Shown piece by piece: positions 46,166-55,699 of a DNA stretch of 64,000 nt. How positions within the stretch are numbered: the first letter of the stretch is position 1; each line of letters opens with the position of its first letter. The notes under the pieces were generated by a model. The model did not search any database. It was not told the origin of the DNA and worked only from the letters and a program-made list of their open reading frames with translations. The position numbers were made by a program, and so were the translations under genes. The stretch covers positions 1-64,000 of the IMG/VR virus record IMGVR_UViG_2724679183_000002. One strand, given 5' to 3'. The stretch comes from a virus. Taxonomy: Duplodnaviria; Caudoviricetes.

Positions 46166-47602
46166 TTATTGTGAAAAGCGGGATTCAAAAGAGTCATCGT
46201 TAGGGATTAAATTTTCCCGTTTACTTGAAAATTCTCTAATGGTTGTATTTGTTTCAGCAGGAGCACTAACTAAATCAACTAACATTGTATTAAGTTGTAA
46301 TACAGCTTTTTCTCCTTCTTCACCTTGTTTAATTGAAGCATGAATAAGGTTTTGTACTTCTTCCGAACTGAATTTATCCTCAGCCTTTAAAGCTTCGAAT
46401 TTCGCTTTATAAAATTCATTTTTCTCATTCAGTTTTTGCTCAAATAAAGCTTTCTCGTGTTTTTCTTTATAAGGCCTCAATTGCTCCACTTCAGAGTTCA
46501 GTTGAACAAGCTTTTCACTAGCAGAGTCGAATTGCTGTTCAATTTCAATCTTGTTTTGCTTGGCTTCATTAACTTGCCTAGTTAAATCATTAATCGTTTC
46601 TTCTTTCTGGTTAAGTTGAGTTTGAATGGATTCAGGAACAACTTCCTCCCAGTTCCGCGTCATGAACACTTCGGTTTTGCTTTCAAAATCAATTGAAACA
46701 ACATCACCTGTTCTTGTGTAATTAAACTTATAGTATTTGTCATAACTATTTTCATCTGCCCAACTATACACGTTTGCGATGAAATATGAATCGTAAACGT
46801 CTGCTATATATGAATCTGACTCTTTGTTGAGAGTTGGGTCTAGTTGACCATAAAGCAATGTTCTAATGTCTGAATGAGATAGTTCAAACACTTTCTTAAA
46901 TTTATCCACGGTTTCACCTTCCTTTTGATTTTCTTTACTCGCTGCTTGAAACACTAATTTTTCAAATCGCTGTAGTTCATTAAAGCTTAGAAGTTTAGAA
47001 GATTCGTAAGCAGGGAGGACAACATCATGTTCGCCTCGCTTTTCGGAATTTAAAATTGCATGGCCAGCCAAATAAACAGGGGATTGAATAAACTCAGTAC
47101 CATCCTGTACTGTATAGTTTGAATATAAGATTTCGCAGCTTGTGTTGATGTTGATCCCTCTGCTATACCATTCTTGTAGTAACTCACAGGCATCATTAAA
47201 ACGAGAACTCCACAATACAGCATCTGCTGCAAGAACTTCTTTCTTCCCTTCTGGTGTATCAATTTCCATTATGTATCCTTCAGAAGTGAAAACTCCGATT
47301 GGAGTTGTGCCCATCTTTACTTCAAGTTCGCCGTGCTTATCTGTTCCCAAGTAGGCTTCATGAGAACCAAGTGCATCTGTTGAAGTATTGATGTCTTCAA
47401 CTTCATAATATTTGGCAACAATGGGCTTATTGATAATAGTAGGGGAGGCTTCCAAAGCTACTTCTTTGGGGATTATTGCGTTGTTATGCGATACTTCAAA
47501 ATCAAATATGATGAAAGTACAAGGTAACTTTGTTGGATCATCTGATTGTTTAATTTCATTAAGCTGCAACTGGCATGATCGTTTCTTCTGCTTCTTTGTC
47601 AA
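46166..47602 (-). CDS. yonD: Prohead protease plus scaffold
   Basis: SHNN, KPIVA, LGSHE, TSCEI, GHAIL..PAYE N-domain; coiled-coil C-terminus. Confidence 0.75.
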   Translation of the reverse strand: MTKKQKKRSCQLQLNEIKQSDDPTKLPCTFIIFDFEVSHNNAIIPKEVALEASPTIINKPIVAKYYEVEDINTSTDALGSHEAYLGTDKHGELEVKMGTTPIGVFTSEGYIMEIDTPEGKKEVLAADAVLWSSRFNDACELLQEWYSRGININTSCEILYSNYTVQDGTEFIQSPVYLAGHAILNSEKRGEHDVVLPAYESSKLLSFNELQRFEKLVFQAASKENQKEGETVDKFKKVFELSHSDIRTLLYGQLDPTLNKESDSYIADVYDSYFIANVYSWADENSYDKYYKFNYTRTGDVVSIDFESKTEVFMTRNWEEVVPESIQTQLNQKEETINDLTRQVNEAKQNKIEIEQQFDSASEKLVQLNSEVEQLRPYKEKHEKALFEQKLNEKNEFYKAKFEALKAEDKFSSEEVQNLIHASIKQGEEGEKAVLQLNTMLVDLVSAPAETNTTIREFSSKRENLIPNDDSFESRFSQ

Positions 47603-47632
47603 ATGAAATTCACCCCCTTTCAAAAGAGAAAA

Positions 47633-49168
47633 CTATTCAGGCGTATTATTTCCATCTGAAGTTCTTGATTTTATTGTATTTTCATTTGTAGGAGTTTCTG
47701 TTGAAGATTGGCCAGCTTCTCCATTATTTGAAGAGCCGTCACCCATTGTATAGGATGTTTGGTATGGTTTAATTTTATCTTGGAGTTTAAGTTCTTCTGT
47801 TTCATAAAGGGTCTGTTCCAGATAGCTTTCCCAAGATACCCCAGCTAAATTGTCAATAACATGCTTAATAGACCAGCCTTTATCGTTTAATTTAATCAGG
47901 ATATCCATTTTCTCTTTCAGAGTGAGTGGCTTGTCTTTATCATAATTCATATAATAGTTGTCTTTTTGACTGTCCGGTAAAACAAGATTGAATAACTTTT
48001 GATAAACCTCTTGTTCAATATCCTCCATTAAAACGCCAATACGCTTATAAAATGTATCCAAGTTTAATGAAGAAGTTGCGTAGTTCCCTCCATCACCATT
48101 TAAAAGGGATCCGGATAAACCGTAAGCAGATTGAATATCGCTGTTGATATGATCAAATTTTGCTCCATCTAGTCCATCTGCTTTAACATCTGGAAAGTTG
48201 ATGTCAGCAAAGTCAGGAATTGATACTACGGTTACTCCATCTTTTTGGTTCTTTTCTAAAGCTGATTTAACCCCGCCATGAATTTTTTGTTTAACTGCTT
48301 TAGGCAGCTTCATGTTGGTATATTCTCCATTACCTTTGTCCGTACCAATTGTTAATACTGCAACAGCGTTAATAATCTTATTTGCAATAGACCTCTCAAC
48401 ATCTTTAAGTTTCTTTTTGTGAAGCACATCATATAGACCTGGGGTAACCCAAGATGTTCCCAATCCTTGATTTCTCTTTAGCGTTCCTGTGCGTAGTGGA
48501 AAAGTTCTTTCTTGTGGCAATTCCTTATATCGATATTTCTCTCGATCTTTCATGAAGTTTTCATAATCGCTTTGTTTAATATAAGGGGAAAGGCTTTTTA
48601 ACAATTCATTTCTGCGATCATCTTTATACTTAGTGAACATCTCCATGTCAACTACACATACCCAGTCTCCATTTCTCCTAAAAGAGGGGAATACATATTC
48701 AATCTCATCAAAGATAAACGGATAGGGGCTCTTATCATCCCCAAGCCATATACCAACAAGAGTGCCGGCTGTAGCTACCTGTTTTAACAAATCTCTAGTA
48801 AGTCTTTTATGTTTGACCTTATGTAAGGATTTATTCAAAAGGGAAATATGCTTATCTGAAGACTTAGCTTTATTAAAGGAGTCAATTTTATAGTTGAGGG
48901 TAGGGAGGGCTTCAATCAATTCAAACAATTGGTGAATCTCTGCAGTTGAAATGTAAAAATACTCTGCAAGATCTTCGATTTCTTTCTGAAATTGATCTGG
49001 GTTAGAAAAATAGTTCTTTAATTGTTCGGCCTCAATTTCCGTAACAATGCCATTGGAAAACATATTTGAGATAAAGCCAGAAGCAAATGTAGAAGTATAA
49101 GTTGAATAGTCATTCAGCATTTGCTTATACTCTTCTGATTCAATGTCAACTTTGTTTAAGGTTACCAT
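47633..49168 (-). CDS. yonE: Portal protein
   Basis: 511 aa directly after terminase large subunit. Confidence 0.8.
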   Translation of the reverse strand: MVTLNKVDIESEEYKQMLNDYSTYTSTFASGFISNMFSNGIVTEIEAEQLKNYFSNPDQFQKEIEDLAEYFYISTAEIHQLFELIEALPTLNYKIDSFNKAKSSDKHISLLNKSLHKVKHKRLTRDLLKQVATAGTLVGIWLGDDKSPYPFIFDEIEYVFPSFRRNGDWVCVVDMEMFTKYKDDRRNELLKSLSPYIKQSDYENFMKDREKYRYKELPQERTFPLRTGTLKRNQGLGTSWVTPGLYDVLHKKKLKDVERSIANKIINAVAVLTIGTDKGNGEYTNMKLPKAVKQKIHGGVKSALEKNQKDGVTVVSIPDFADINFPDVKADGLDGAKFDHINSDIQSAYGLSGSLLNGDGGNYATSSLNLDTFYKRIGVLMEDIEQEVYQKLFNLVLPDSQKDNYYMNYDKDKPLTLKEKMDILIKLNDKGWSIKHVIDNLAGVSWESYLEQTLYETEELKLQDKIKPYQTSYTMGDGSSNNGEAGQSSTETPTNENTIKSRTSDGNNTPE

Positions 49169-49185
49169 GTTTCACCTCATTCCTT

Positions 49186-50955
49186 TTAAAAATAGACTAG
49201 TTCATCTTCAACGTCATATTCAGTTTGTTTGTTTAACTGCCTTTCTAATACAGTGGCAATATAGTTGCCATAAGCCACCGAGCTATATCTGTCTTTTCGT
49301 TTACTCTTTGGCTCTTTAAGCTTAACTTGTCCGTTATCGCTATATTCAGCTTCTAAGTTGATCATTTCATTTATTAGAAGTGTAATCTGAGCATAGCTTG
49401 AAAGGAATTTCCCTTTAACTTCAGGGGATAACCCTTCATAGCCTTTAAATCTTTTCAGGTATTCTTTTCCTTCATTTTCATTGATAGGAATTTTGATTTT
49501 CCCTCGTTTGAATCCATCTTTGAGCAATACCGCAATTTCGCTGTTCAATTGTGCATTACCTTTAATGCTATAAATTACTTTTTTAGCATTTTGATAAGTA
49601 CAACGTTCAGCCATTCTTTCATCGTTAATACATGAAAATGGCTCGTATTCTTTTGCACGTTCTTTATCATATAAAGGCTGGCATAATGCATCATACACAC
49701 CAAGTCCGATGCTTTGAGTGTCCAATACAATATAATCGCAATCATAATCTTCGTATATTTGTCGAATTCTTGTTGCTTGAGTTCCTGTATGACCACCTAC
49801 GATGCTCTCCATGTAAACGATATGACGATCATATCCATTAGAGTTTGGAATCAGTCTGAAAACAGTGTAAACACTGGCATCATTATCCTTACCGGCCATT
49901 CCAGCGATATCATTGCTCACCAGTCTAATTTCACCAGGTTTCTTGCCTTCATATTTGAAGTTGGAATCTTTGATTAGGCTGTAATAGTCAGGTGGAAAGA
50001 GGGGAGAAGCAAGTTTGCGGTTCTTTTCTATGTCTTCAAATTTAAAATAAGCTTTTTCAGATTCACCAAACCAGAGGGCTTCCATTTCCATTGACCAACC
50101 AATAGGATCGAAGTCTTCTTCAGCCATTTCATCTCGAACCTGATCTTTATCCAAAAGTCCTTCTTTAATTGCGATCTGGTAAGGGAGGCCACAAACAAAG
50201 TATTTGGATCCTTTCATCATTGCATTATAGTATGTAATGAATCTGTTAAACGACCAATGAACTTTATACCAGCAGGATGACAGGTAAATTTCTTTGTTTC
50301 GCTCTTTGAGATGAGCATATTCCTCTTTTTCGAGATATTTAGGAGAACGGGGAGCAGTTAGGAATTTTCGGAGTACTTTACTGATGATTTCAAAATCAAC
50401 CATTCTGAATTCATCTACAATGAGGAGGTTTGCACGTTTGGAGCGTGCTCCATCATTTGAGGCAACGATTTTAATCCAGCTACCATTATGAAACTCAACT
50501 TTAGCGTCATTTGTTGAGGTTTTTAAGTCTTCTATTTCTCGCCTTAAATTAGGTGATTCTTTACGTAAGTCATCAATTTTTTCTATGACTTCACGTGCTT
50601 GTCCTTTTGTTCCTGATGCAATAACTATTTTAGTACCTGGGAAGAGGATGGCTTGTACACAGCAGTATACAGAGGTTAACCAAGTTTTACCCTGACCACG
50701 ACTGGCCAGGTACATAAAATAATGGTTATATACCATCATGTAAATTAAAATACATTGGAATAATTTAAGTGTAATACCCAAGTATTCTTTTACAAAACGA
50801 TGTGGATTTGCTCTATAGAATGAAGTCCATGCGCCAATACCATCCATCAATCGTTCGGATTTTGATTTCTTTTTAAAGTTGTTTCCCTTTTTAAAGATAT
50901 TAATTCCTCGACTGTGCTTATTGCGATCTGTTGTGAAATTTTTATGCGAGGTCAT
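49186..50955 (-). CDS. yonF: Terminase large subunit
   Basis: ASRGQGKT Walker A, LIVDEF Walker B, LSS motif III; nuclease [19 protein letters not shown]. Confidence 0.93.
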   Translation of the reverse strand: MTSHKNFTTDRNKHSRGINIFKKGNNFKKKSKSERLMDGIGAWTSFYRANPHRFVKEYLGITLKLFQCILIYMMVYNHYFMYLASRGQGKTWLTSVYCCVQAILFPGTKIVIASGTKGQAREVIEKIDDLRKESPNLRREIEDLKTSTNDAKVEFHNGSWIKIVASNDGARSKRANLLIVDEFRMVDFEIISKVLRKFLTAPRSPKYLEKEEYAHLKERNKEIYLSSCWYKVHWSFNRFITYYNAMMKGSKYFVCGLPYQIAIKEGLLDKDQVRDEMAEEDFDPIGWSMEMEALWFGESEKAYFKFEDIEKNRKLASPLFPPDYYSLIKDSNFKYEGKKPGEIRLVSNDIAGMAGKDNDASVYTVFRLIPNSNGYDRHIVYMESIVGGHTGTQATRIRQIYEDYDCDYIVLDTQSIGLGVYDALCQPLYDKERAKEYEPFSCINDERMAERCTYQNAKKVIYSIKGNAQLNSEIAVLLKDGFKRGKIKIPINENEGKEYLKRFKGYEGLSPEVKGKFLSSYAQITLLINEMINLEAEYSDNGQVKLKEPKSKRKDRYSSVAYGNYIATVLERQLNKQTEYDVEDELVYF

Positions 50956-51862
50956 TTTCTCGATCCTCTTCTTCTGCAACAGGTTCTTCAACCGTGTGCT
51001 TATTCATTTCATCCCAATATTCCTCTGAATATTGATTTTTCAAACCAAGCATTCGGGACAGATGACCAAGGAAAAATACCTTAATGTATTTTCCGATTTT
51101 ATCAGGATCTTTCCACCTAGGCTCTGGTTCAGGAATGGGTCGTTCATTCTCATATTTTTTTATCAGAGTGCCAAAAGACTCTTGTTCAACTCCACTTGCT
51201 CCAGTTTCTTGAACCGGTTTTAAATTACTTGAGCCGAGTAGGTCTTGAAGAGTTTTTTGCTGCTGATCAACTTTTTCACCATTTTCACGCCGTTTGCGGA
51301 TATCTAGTCGAGTCAAACATATTTCATTTATAAGAAGTTCCATTCCTTTAGAGTCACATTCATACCTATTTGTGAAATCAATGTATTCATTCTGAAGCCA
51401 AATGTAATCTTCAACATCAAGACCCCGACCCCAGAATTGCATTAATTCCTCAATGTCTTCCTTAGAGATATCTTCTGTACTTTTAGCTAGTAATAGTTGT
51501 GTTGTGTATTCTTGTTCTTCTTCAAAGTCAAATTCACTATCTGCCCAAGTTTTTGACTTGTAATCTTTCATTCCGATATTTTTCATATACGTACCTAACA
51601 CATTACCATCTGATTTTTTCTTAGAGCCCGATTCGTTAACAGCGGAAACCCACAAGTCGTAAACAAAGGGGCGATCAATCATCCTCAAGATGTTTTGCAC
51701 ATTCTTCAAGTTATCTTTGTCTTTTTGGAATTCATTTTGAAGACAACTCTTACATACTGCCAGTTTGCCAGTTGCAGCATTAAAAGGGGATTCAGAGATA
51801 TAAAATTGGTTTGAATTTTGTTCTTTCCCACAGCATGAGCATTTGATTTTTTCTGTAGCCAT
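50942..51862 (-). CDS. yonG: Zn-finger protein, probable terminase small subunit
   Basis: CSCC..CKSC N-terminus; overlaps terL start. Confidence 0.65.
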   Translation of the reverse strand: MATEKIKCSCCGKEQNSNQFYISESPFNAATGKLAVCKSCLQNEFQKDKDNLKNVQNILRMIDRPFVYDLWVSAVNESGSKKKSDGNVLGTYMKNIGMKDYKSKTWADSEFDFEEEQEYTTQLLLAKSTEDISKEDIEELMQFWGRGLDVEDYIWLQNEYIDFTNRYECDSKGMELLINEICLTRLDIRKRRENGEKVDQQQKTLQDLLGSSNLKPVQETGASGVEQESFGTLIKKYENERPIPEPEPRWKDPDKIGKYIKVFFLGHLSRMLGLKNQYSEEYWDEMNKHTVEEPVAEEEDRENDLA

Positions 51863-51968
51863 TTTTCACCTCCAATTTATTGGTTCAAAAACACGTTTTA
51901 TAAAACGCCCAGCAATAGAGAGGGAGTAGAGATTTCTCAATCATCACTGGACGTTCTAAAAAAGTATT

Positions 51969-52469
51969 TTATTTATAAGTCAAGTTACCATTATTGGACA
52001 AAACAACCTTGGTTCCTTTTAAGATATCAGCAAGCGCATCAAACAAACCTTTTCCAATACCGTTTGCATCAATTATTAATTTACTCGGTCTTTTGTCTAT
52101 AATCATAGCTTTTATTTGAGTAGCCTGATGTTTAAACGTCCCATACTCCAATTTCTTAGAGATGTCTTCAATACGTGAATTATTTAAGTCAATAATTAAA
52201 AAGGTTGTACTTTCTCTTCCAGGATCAATTACAGCAATCCTTTCAGGAATATGACCCGCGCTTAATGTATAGTTCGTTCCGTTTAAGGGCTTAGTAGAAA
52301 TTTTGACATCTTGGTTCAAATGGTCATTTTTATTACTTTTCTCAAACCCAATACTTTTATGTAGACTTGTCAGAGCATCTTTTAATTCTCTGTTACAAAG
52401 GTAACCACTATCATTAATTTCTTTCAGTAGTTTTACATATTCCCAAAGCACTTTAGTTTCTTCTTTCAA
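51969..52469 (-). CDS. yonH: Stand-alone terminase-nuclease-like protein
   Basis: IAVIDPG and LIIDANGIGKGLFDAL resemble Ter[17 protein letters not shown]; name by synteny. Confidence 0.65.
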   Translation of the reverse strand: MKEETKVLWEYVKLLKEINDSGYLCNRELKDALTSLHKSIGFEKSNKNDHLNQDVKISTKPLNGTNYTLSAGHIPERIAVIDPGRESTTFLIIDLNNSRIEDISKKLEYGTFKHQATQIKAMIIDKRPSKLIIDANGIGKGLFDALADILKGTKVVLSNNGNLTYK

Positions 52470-52501
52470 TCTTCATCATTCCTCATCGTAATGTTTATAT
52501 T

Positions 52502-52699
52502 TTAGTAGTTTGTCCAGACAGTCTCTTTAACTTCATCTTTAGTTAAATGACTAAATTTGTCCCAATCTTTTTCGTGAACATTAAAGTTGAATTTGCTGAG
52601 CAAAAGCTTTACATCCTCAACTGTTTTAACTTTGTCAAAGTCAATTTCTCTGTATTTGATTTTTTCCGAACGTGCAACTGCGGACATAATCATACTCAT
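52502..52699 (-). CDS. Small hypothetical protein
   Basis: 65 aa, GGGGGG RBS, IDFDKVKTVEDVK motif. Confidence 0.65.
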   Translation of the reverse strand: MSMIMSAVARSEKIKYREIDFDKVKTVEDVKLLLSKFNFNVHEKDWDKFSHLTKDEVKETVWTNY

Positions 52700-52738
52700 A
52701 AAAATCCCCCCATTGATTTGGATAAAATTAAAGTTTTA

Positions 52739-53194
52739 TTAATAGTGAATTTTAAAGAATTCGTTATCTAATGGGTTTACTTTAAAAATCAAATCTAAAC
52801 CTGATACTTCTCCATTAACACCTTTAAGTTCTGCTCTAGAAATAATTTCGACATTGTTAAATTCTAAAGTAACCTTATGTGACTTTGATGTCTCAAGATG
52901 ACGGCCAATTGTTTCAGCTAATAATTTGAATTCAGAGCGAGGAGTTTCTTTTAAAACTGAAATATATTGTTTCTTCCCTAACTTTGATTCAAAGGAGGTA
53001 GGGGATTTATAATCACCTAAAAATTTAAGCACATCAAAATTGAGCAGAGCGTTTTTTGCAAAAATTAAATACGTTTCATGTTCATCGCTATAAAAAATTT
53101 CAACATCTTGAAGAGTCGTTAAATCAATTAAAGATTCTTCAGTTTTTCCATCATACAAATGAAGGTTATACACTTCGTGCATTGCTAAATCCAA
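52739..53194 (-). CDS. Truncated tail-tube-like protein
   Basis: Collinear motif similarity to the 40690-41484 product (see findings); RBS AAGGAGAG. Confidence 0.6.
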   Translation of the reverse strand: MDLAMHEVYNLHLYDGKTEESLIDLTTLQDVEIFYSDEHETYLIFAKNALLNFDVLKFLGDYKSPTSFESKLGKKQYISVLKETPRSEFKLLAETIGRHLETSKSHKVTLEFNNVEIISRAELKGVNGEVSGLDLIFKVNPLDNEFFKIHY

Positions 53195-53303
53195 ATTTAT
53201 TCTCTCCTTTAAGATATAGACTCAGAAATTACCTTCTTAAATTCTTCCGAAAATTGACCCCAATAAATAGATAGTTCGTTTATAAATGAAGCAATGCTCA
53301 ATA

Positions 53304-53678
53304 TTAATCCTCCTTTATGTAATGCGATACACGTTCAGATAATTTCTTATGCATCAATCGAAGTGAAGTTCTAAGAAAACCTAAAGTTCTACTTAATTCT
53401 CCGAAAACACAACTTAAACTATGATAAGCTTTAAAATCACTTTTATTAAATGAAGTAGCAATAAAGGTTTTGAGATTTTCGATTTCAGATGAAATTAACT
53501 TATTCATATTTGCCAAGTATTTAATTTCACTCATGTCTTGAGTATTTATCAATTTCATGTACTCACATAATGATTTGGCGACAGTTTTATATGCAGGATG
53601 ATTACCTTCTTTACGTAGTTCAGACAGCTTACTTAAGCAATTACCGATATTTTCTTCGATGAAATCTTTATTTTCCAT
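53304..53678 (-). CDS. Helical hypothetical protein with internal duplication
   Basis: Two ~45-aa helical units each with a central AY; RBS AAGGAG. Confidence 0.65.
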   Translation of the reverse strand: MENKDFIEENIGNCLSKLSELRKEGNHPAYKTVAKSLCEYMKLINTQDMSEIKYLANMNKLISSEIENLKTFIATSFNKSDFKAYHSLSCVFGELSRTLGFLRTSLRLMHKKLSERVSHYIKED

Positions 53679-53718
53679 AATCGTTCTCCTTGAAAGCGAT
53701 TGGTCGCAACCCTATATT

Positions 53719-54918
53719 TTATTTTTCATTCTTAAATCTAATTATGTATGTAGCTTCAATTCCTTCATCGTTAAACACCATAAACTTTTGAGACGGTTTT
53801 GTGCCAAAGCGTCCCTGCATGGCATAATCATCCGCACCGACAAGCGCGCCGTTTACTACAACTGTTGTGCTGCCGTACTCTTTTTCATAATTGTGATGAA
53901 TATGACCACCGAATATGTAAGAAGGGATATAGCCAAGCAATTGGGGTAATCGTGTTACACACTGATCAACACGATCGTAGTGGCCGTGCACAAACACGAC
54001 TTCCTGATTGTTGATTTTAGCGGGGATGAAGCCGTCTTGCTCAGGTTCAATGGAGATGTTCTTTATATCTTTCAATCTGGCTTCAAGATACCAATTAATA
54101 AGATATTCAAAGTTTTCTTTAATCCCCACATCATTTTTAGAAGGGGAGAGGCGACCGTGATTACCAGCCACATTGTAGAATTTAACCTCTTGAAACTCGC
54201 TTGCCATCATAGCCAACACCTCAGCAAGTGATTCTGAGACATATTTTATTTGTTCTACAGCATCTTCATTGGCCTGAACTCTTGTAGACACATGAATAAG
54301 ACCTCCGATTAAATCACCGAGGTTTGCCACGTGTAGTGTGGAAATATGATTCTGTTTACCGTACTCAATAACTTTGTTGGTCAGGTGCTCTACACGCTCA
54401 TTAAAGATTTCTTTATTGAATTTATTGATGCGGTTGTCAATTTCCATTCCGAAGTGCCAATCACTGAAAAGAGCAAGTCCATGTTTTTCAGTAATAGCAG
54501 GTGATGGGAAGGTGAAGCGAAGAGGTCTTTTTGACTCTAGAGATGCAATGGCTTGTACAACATCATCTTTAATTTTTTCAAACCGTGCTTGATTGGCGAT
54601 GAATTTTCGGTATTCTCTTTTTTGATCTCGGGCTTTGATTGTTTGTTTTTCGGATTCAATGCGGATTTCTTCGTGTTTTTGTTGAACTTCTTTGTTCATA
54701 TTCTTTGAGATAAAATAATCGTGCCAGCGCTCATATTGTTTAAAGTCTTTACGCCACTTGCTTTCATCATAGTTGGTTCCTTGATCCTTATTTAAAAGGG
54801 AAGCAATTGTTTTTGTGTCAATGTGATAAGTATCTTTGTTTTTGAAAAGCCTAATATGATAATCAGTGAATGATTCGTCTTTTTCTCGTTGCAACACAGG
54901 ATCTAAAATAGCTGTCAT
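53719..54918 (-). CDS. yonJ: Calcineurin-like metallophosphoesterase
   Basis: FSDWHFG, LGDLI, GNHGR, VHGH, GHIHH motifs. Confidence 0.88.
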   Translation of the reverse strand: MTAILDPVLQREKDESFTDYHIRLFKNKDTYHIDTKTIASLLNKDQGTNYDESKWRKDFKQYERWHDYFISKNMNKEVQQKHEEIRIESEKQTIKARDQKREYRKFIANQARFEKIKDDVVQAIASLESKRPLRFTFPSPAITEKHGLALFSDWHFGMEIDNRINKFNKEIFNERVEHLTNKVIEYGKQNHISTLHVANLGDLIGGLIHVSTRVQANEDAVEQIKYVSESLAEVLAMMASEFQEVKFYNVAGNHGRLSPSKNDVGIKENFEYLINWYLEARLKDIKNISIEPEQDGFIPAKINNQEVVFVHGHYDRVDQCVTRLPQLLGYIPSYIFGGHIHHNYEKEYGSTTVVVNGALVGADDYAMQGRFGTKPSQKFMVFNDEGIEATYIIRFKNEK

Positions 54919-54929
54919 TCAGTCACCAC

Positions 54930-55139
54930 CTACTCAGAGAGTCCTTCAGTTTCTAGGGGTACAACTTCACTATCGCTTTTTAGAGTAAAATCAATTGGTT
55001 CTGTTTTGCTTTCAATCTCTCTTAGATATTTAGACAGTGAGTGAATATGAATGCCATCATTTTTATACTCAATGATTTGATCTTCATCTACATTTACAGT
55101 GCATTTTTCAAAAGAGTATTCTTTCTTACCTTTAGCCAA
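54930..55139 (-). CDS. yonK: YonK-like small protein
   Basis: TTG start after GGAGG; AKGKKEYSFEK N-terminus; first gene of late cluster. Confidence 0.7.
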   Translation of the reverse strand: MAKGKKEYSFEKCTVNVDEDQIIEYKNDGIHIHSLSKYLREIESKTEPIDFTLKSDSEVVPLETEGLSE

Positions 55140-55168
55140 ATTTGATTCCTCCAATTATTTGTTTTATT

Positions 55169-55308
55169 TACGTACAATAAGCTCCTTCGGAAGCCCGATG
55201 ATCCGAAGCATCGGTAACGTCCGAGAAGGGGATATAAAGGAGATGAAAGATAATAAGTCGGATAGGCGTTGGGGAAACGCCCGAAGGAGATTATTGATAA
55301 CTTGCGTA
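55169..55308 (-). ncRNA. Predicted four-way-junction RNA with C/U-rich loops
   Basis: Closing stem CTCCTTCGG/CCGAAGGAG and three inner arms, one capped by cUUCGg on the minus strand. Confidence 0.6.
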
Positions 55309-55416
55309 CATATGTATTACAGACCTATTCCAGTTATCAAGAGGTGCTCTGTATGGTAAAATAATACACAATAGGTATAATGAAGTGTAGATGAAATTTG
55401 TAAAAGAGGTGTTTTT

Positions 55417-55596
55417 TTGAGAGACAAAGTTTTGAATGCCTTTATTATAATAGGTGTTTTGTTGATAGTTGGAGCGGTTACTGTTTTTAAAGATTTTGAA
55501 TATCACCAATATCTTCGTTTTGGTGGGGCAATATTGATTGCTTTTGGCTATATGTTTGGTTATGACAAAGTAAAAGCTAAAAAAAAGAGTAAATGA
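55417..55596 (+). CDS. 59-aa two-TM membrane protein (missing from ORF track)
   Basis: Hand translation MRDKVLNAFIIIGVLLIVGAVTVF...FGGAILIAFGYMFGYDKVKAKKKSK; RBS GAGGTG. Confidence 0.7.
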   Translation: MRDKVLNAFIIIGVLLIVGAVTVFKDFEYHQYLRFGGAILIAFGYMFGYDKVKAKKKSK

Positions 55597-55699
55597 CTTT
55601 TAAATTCTATTGTTCTAGTTATTTTCTTACCCCTCTCACCTACACCAGTAACTCACGTAGGAACGTAAGCCTTCGGATCGTCAAGCAAATCTGAAAATA

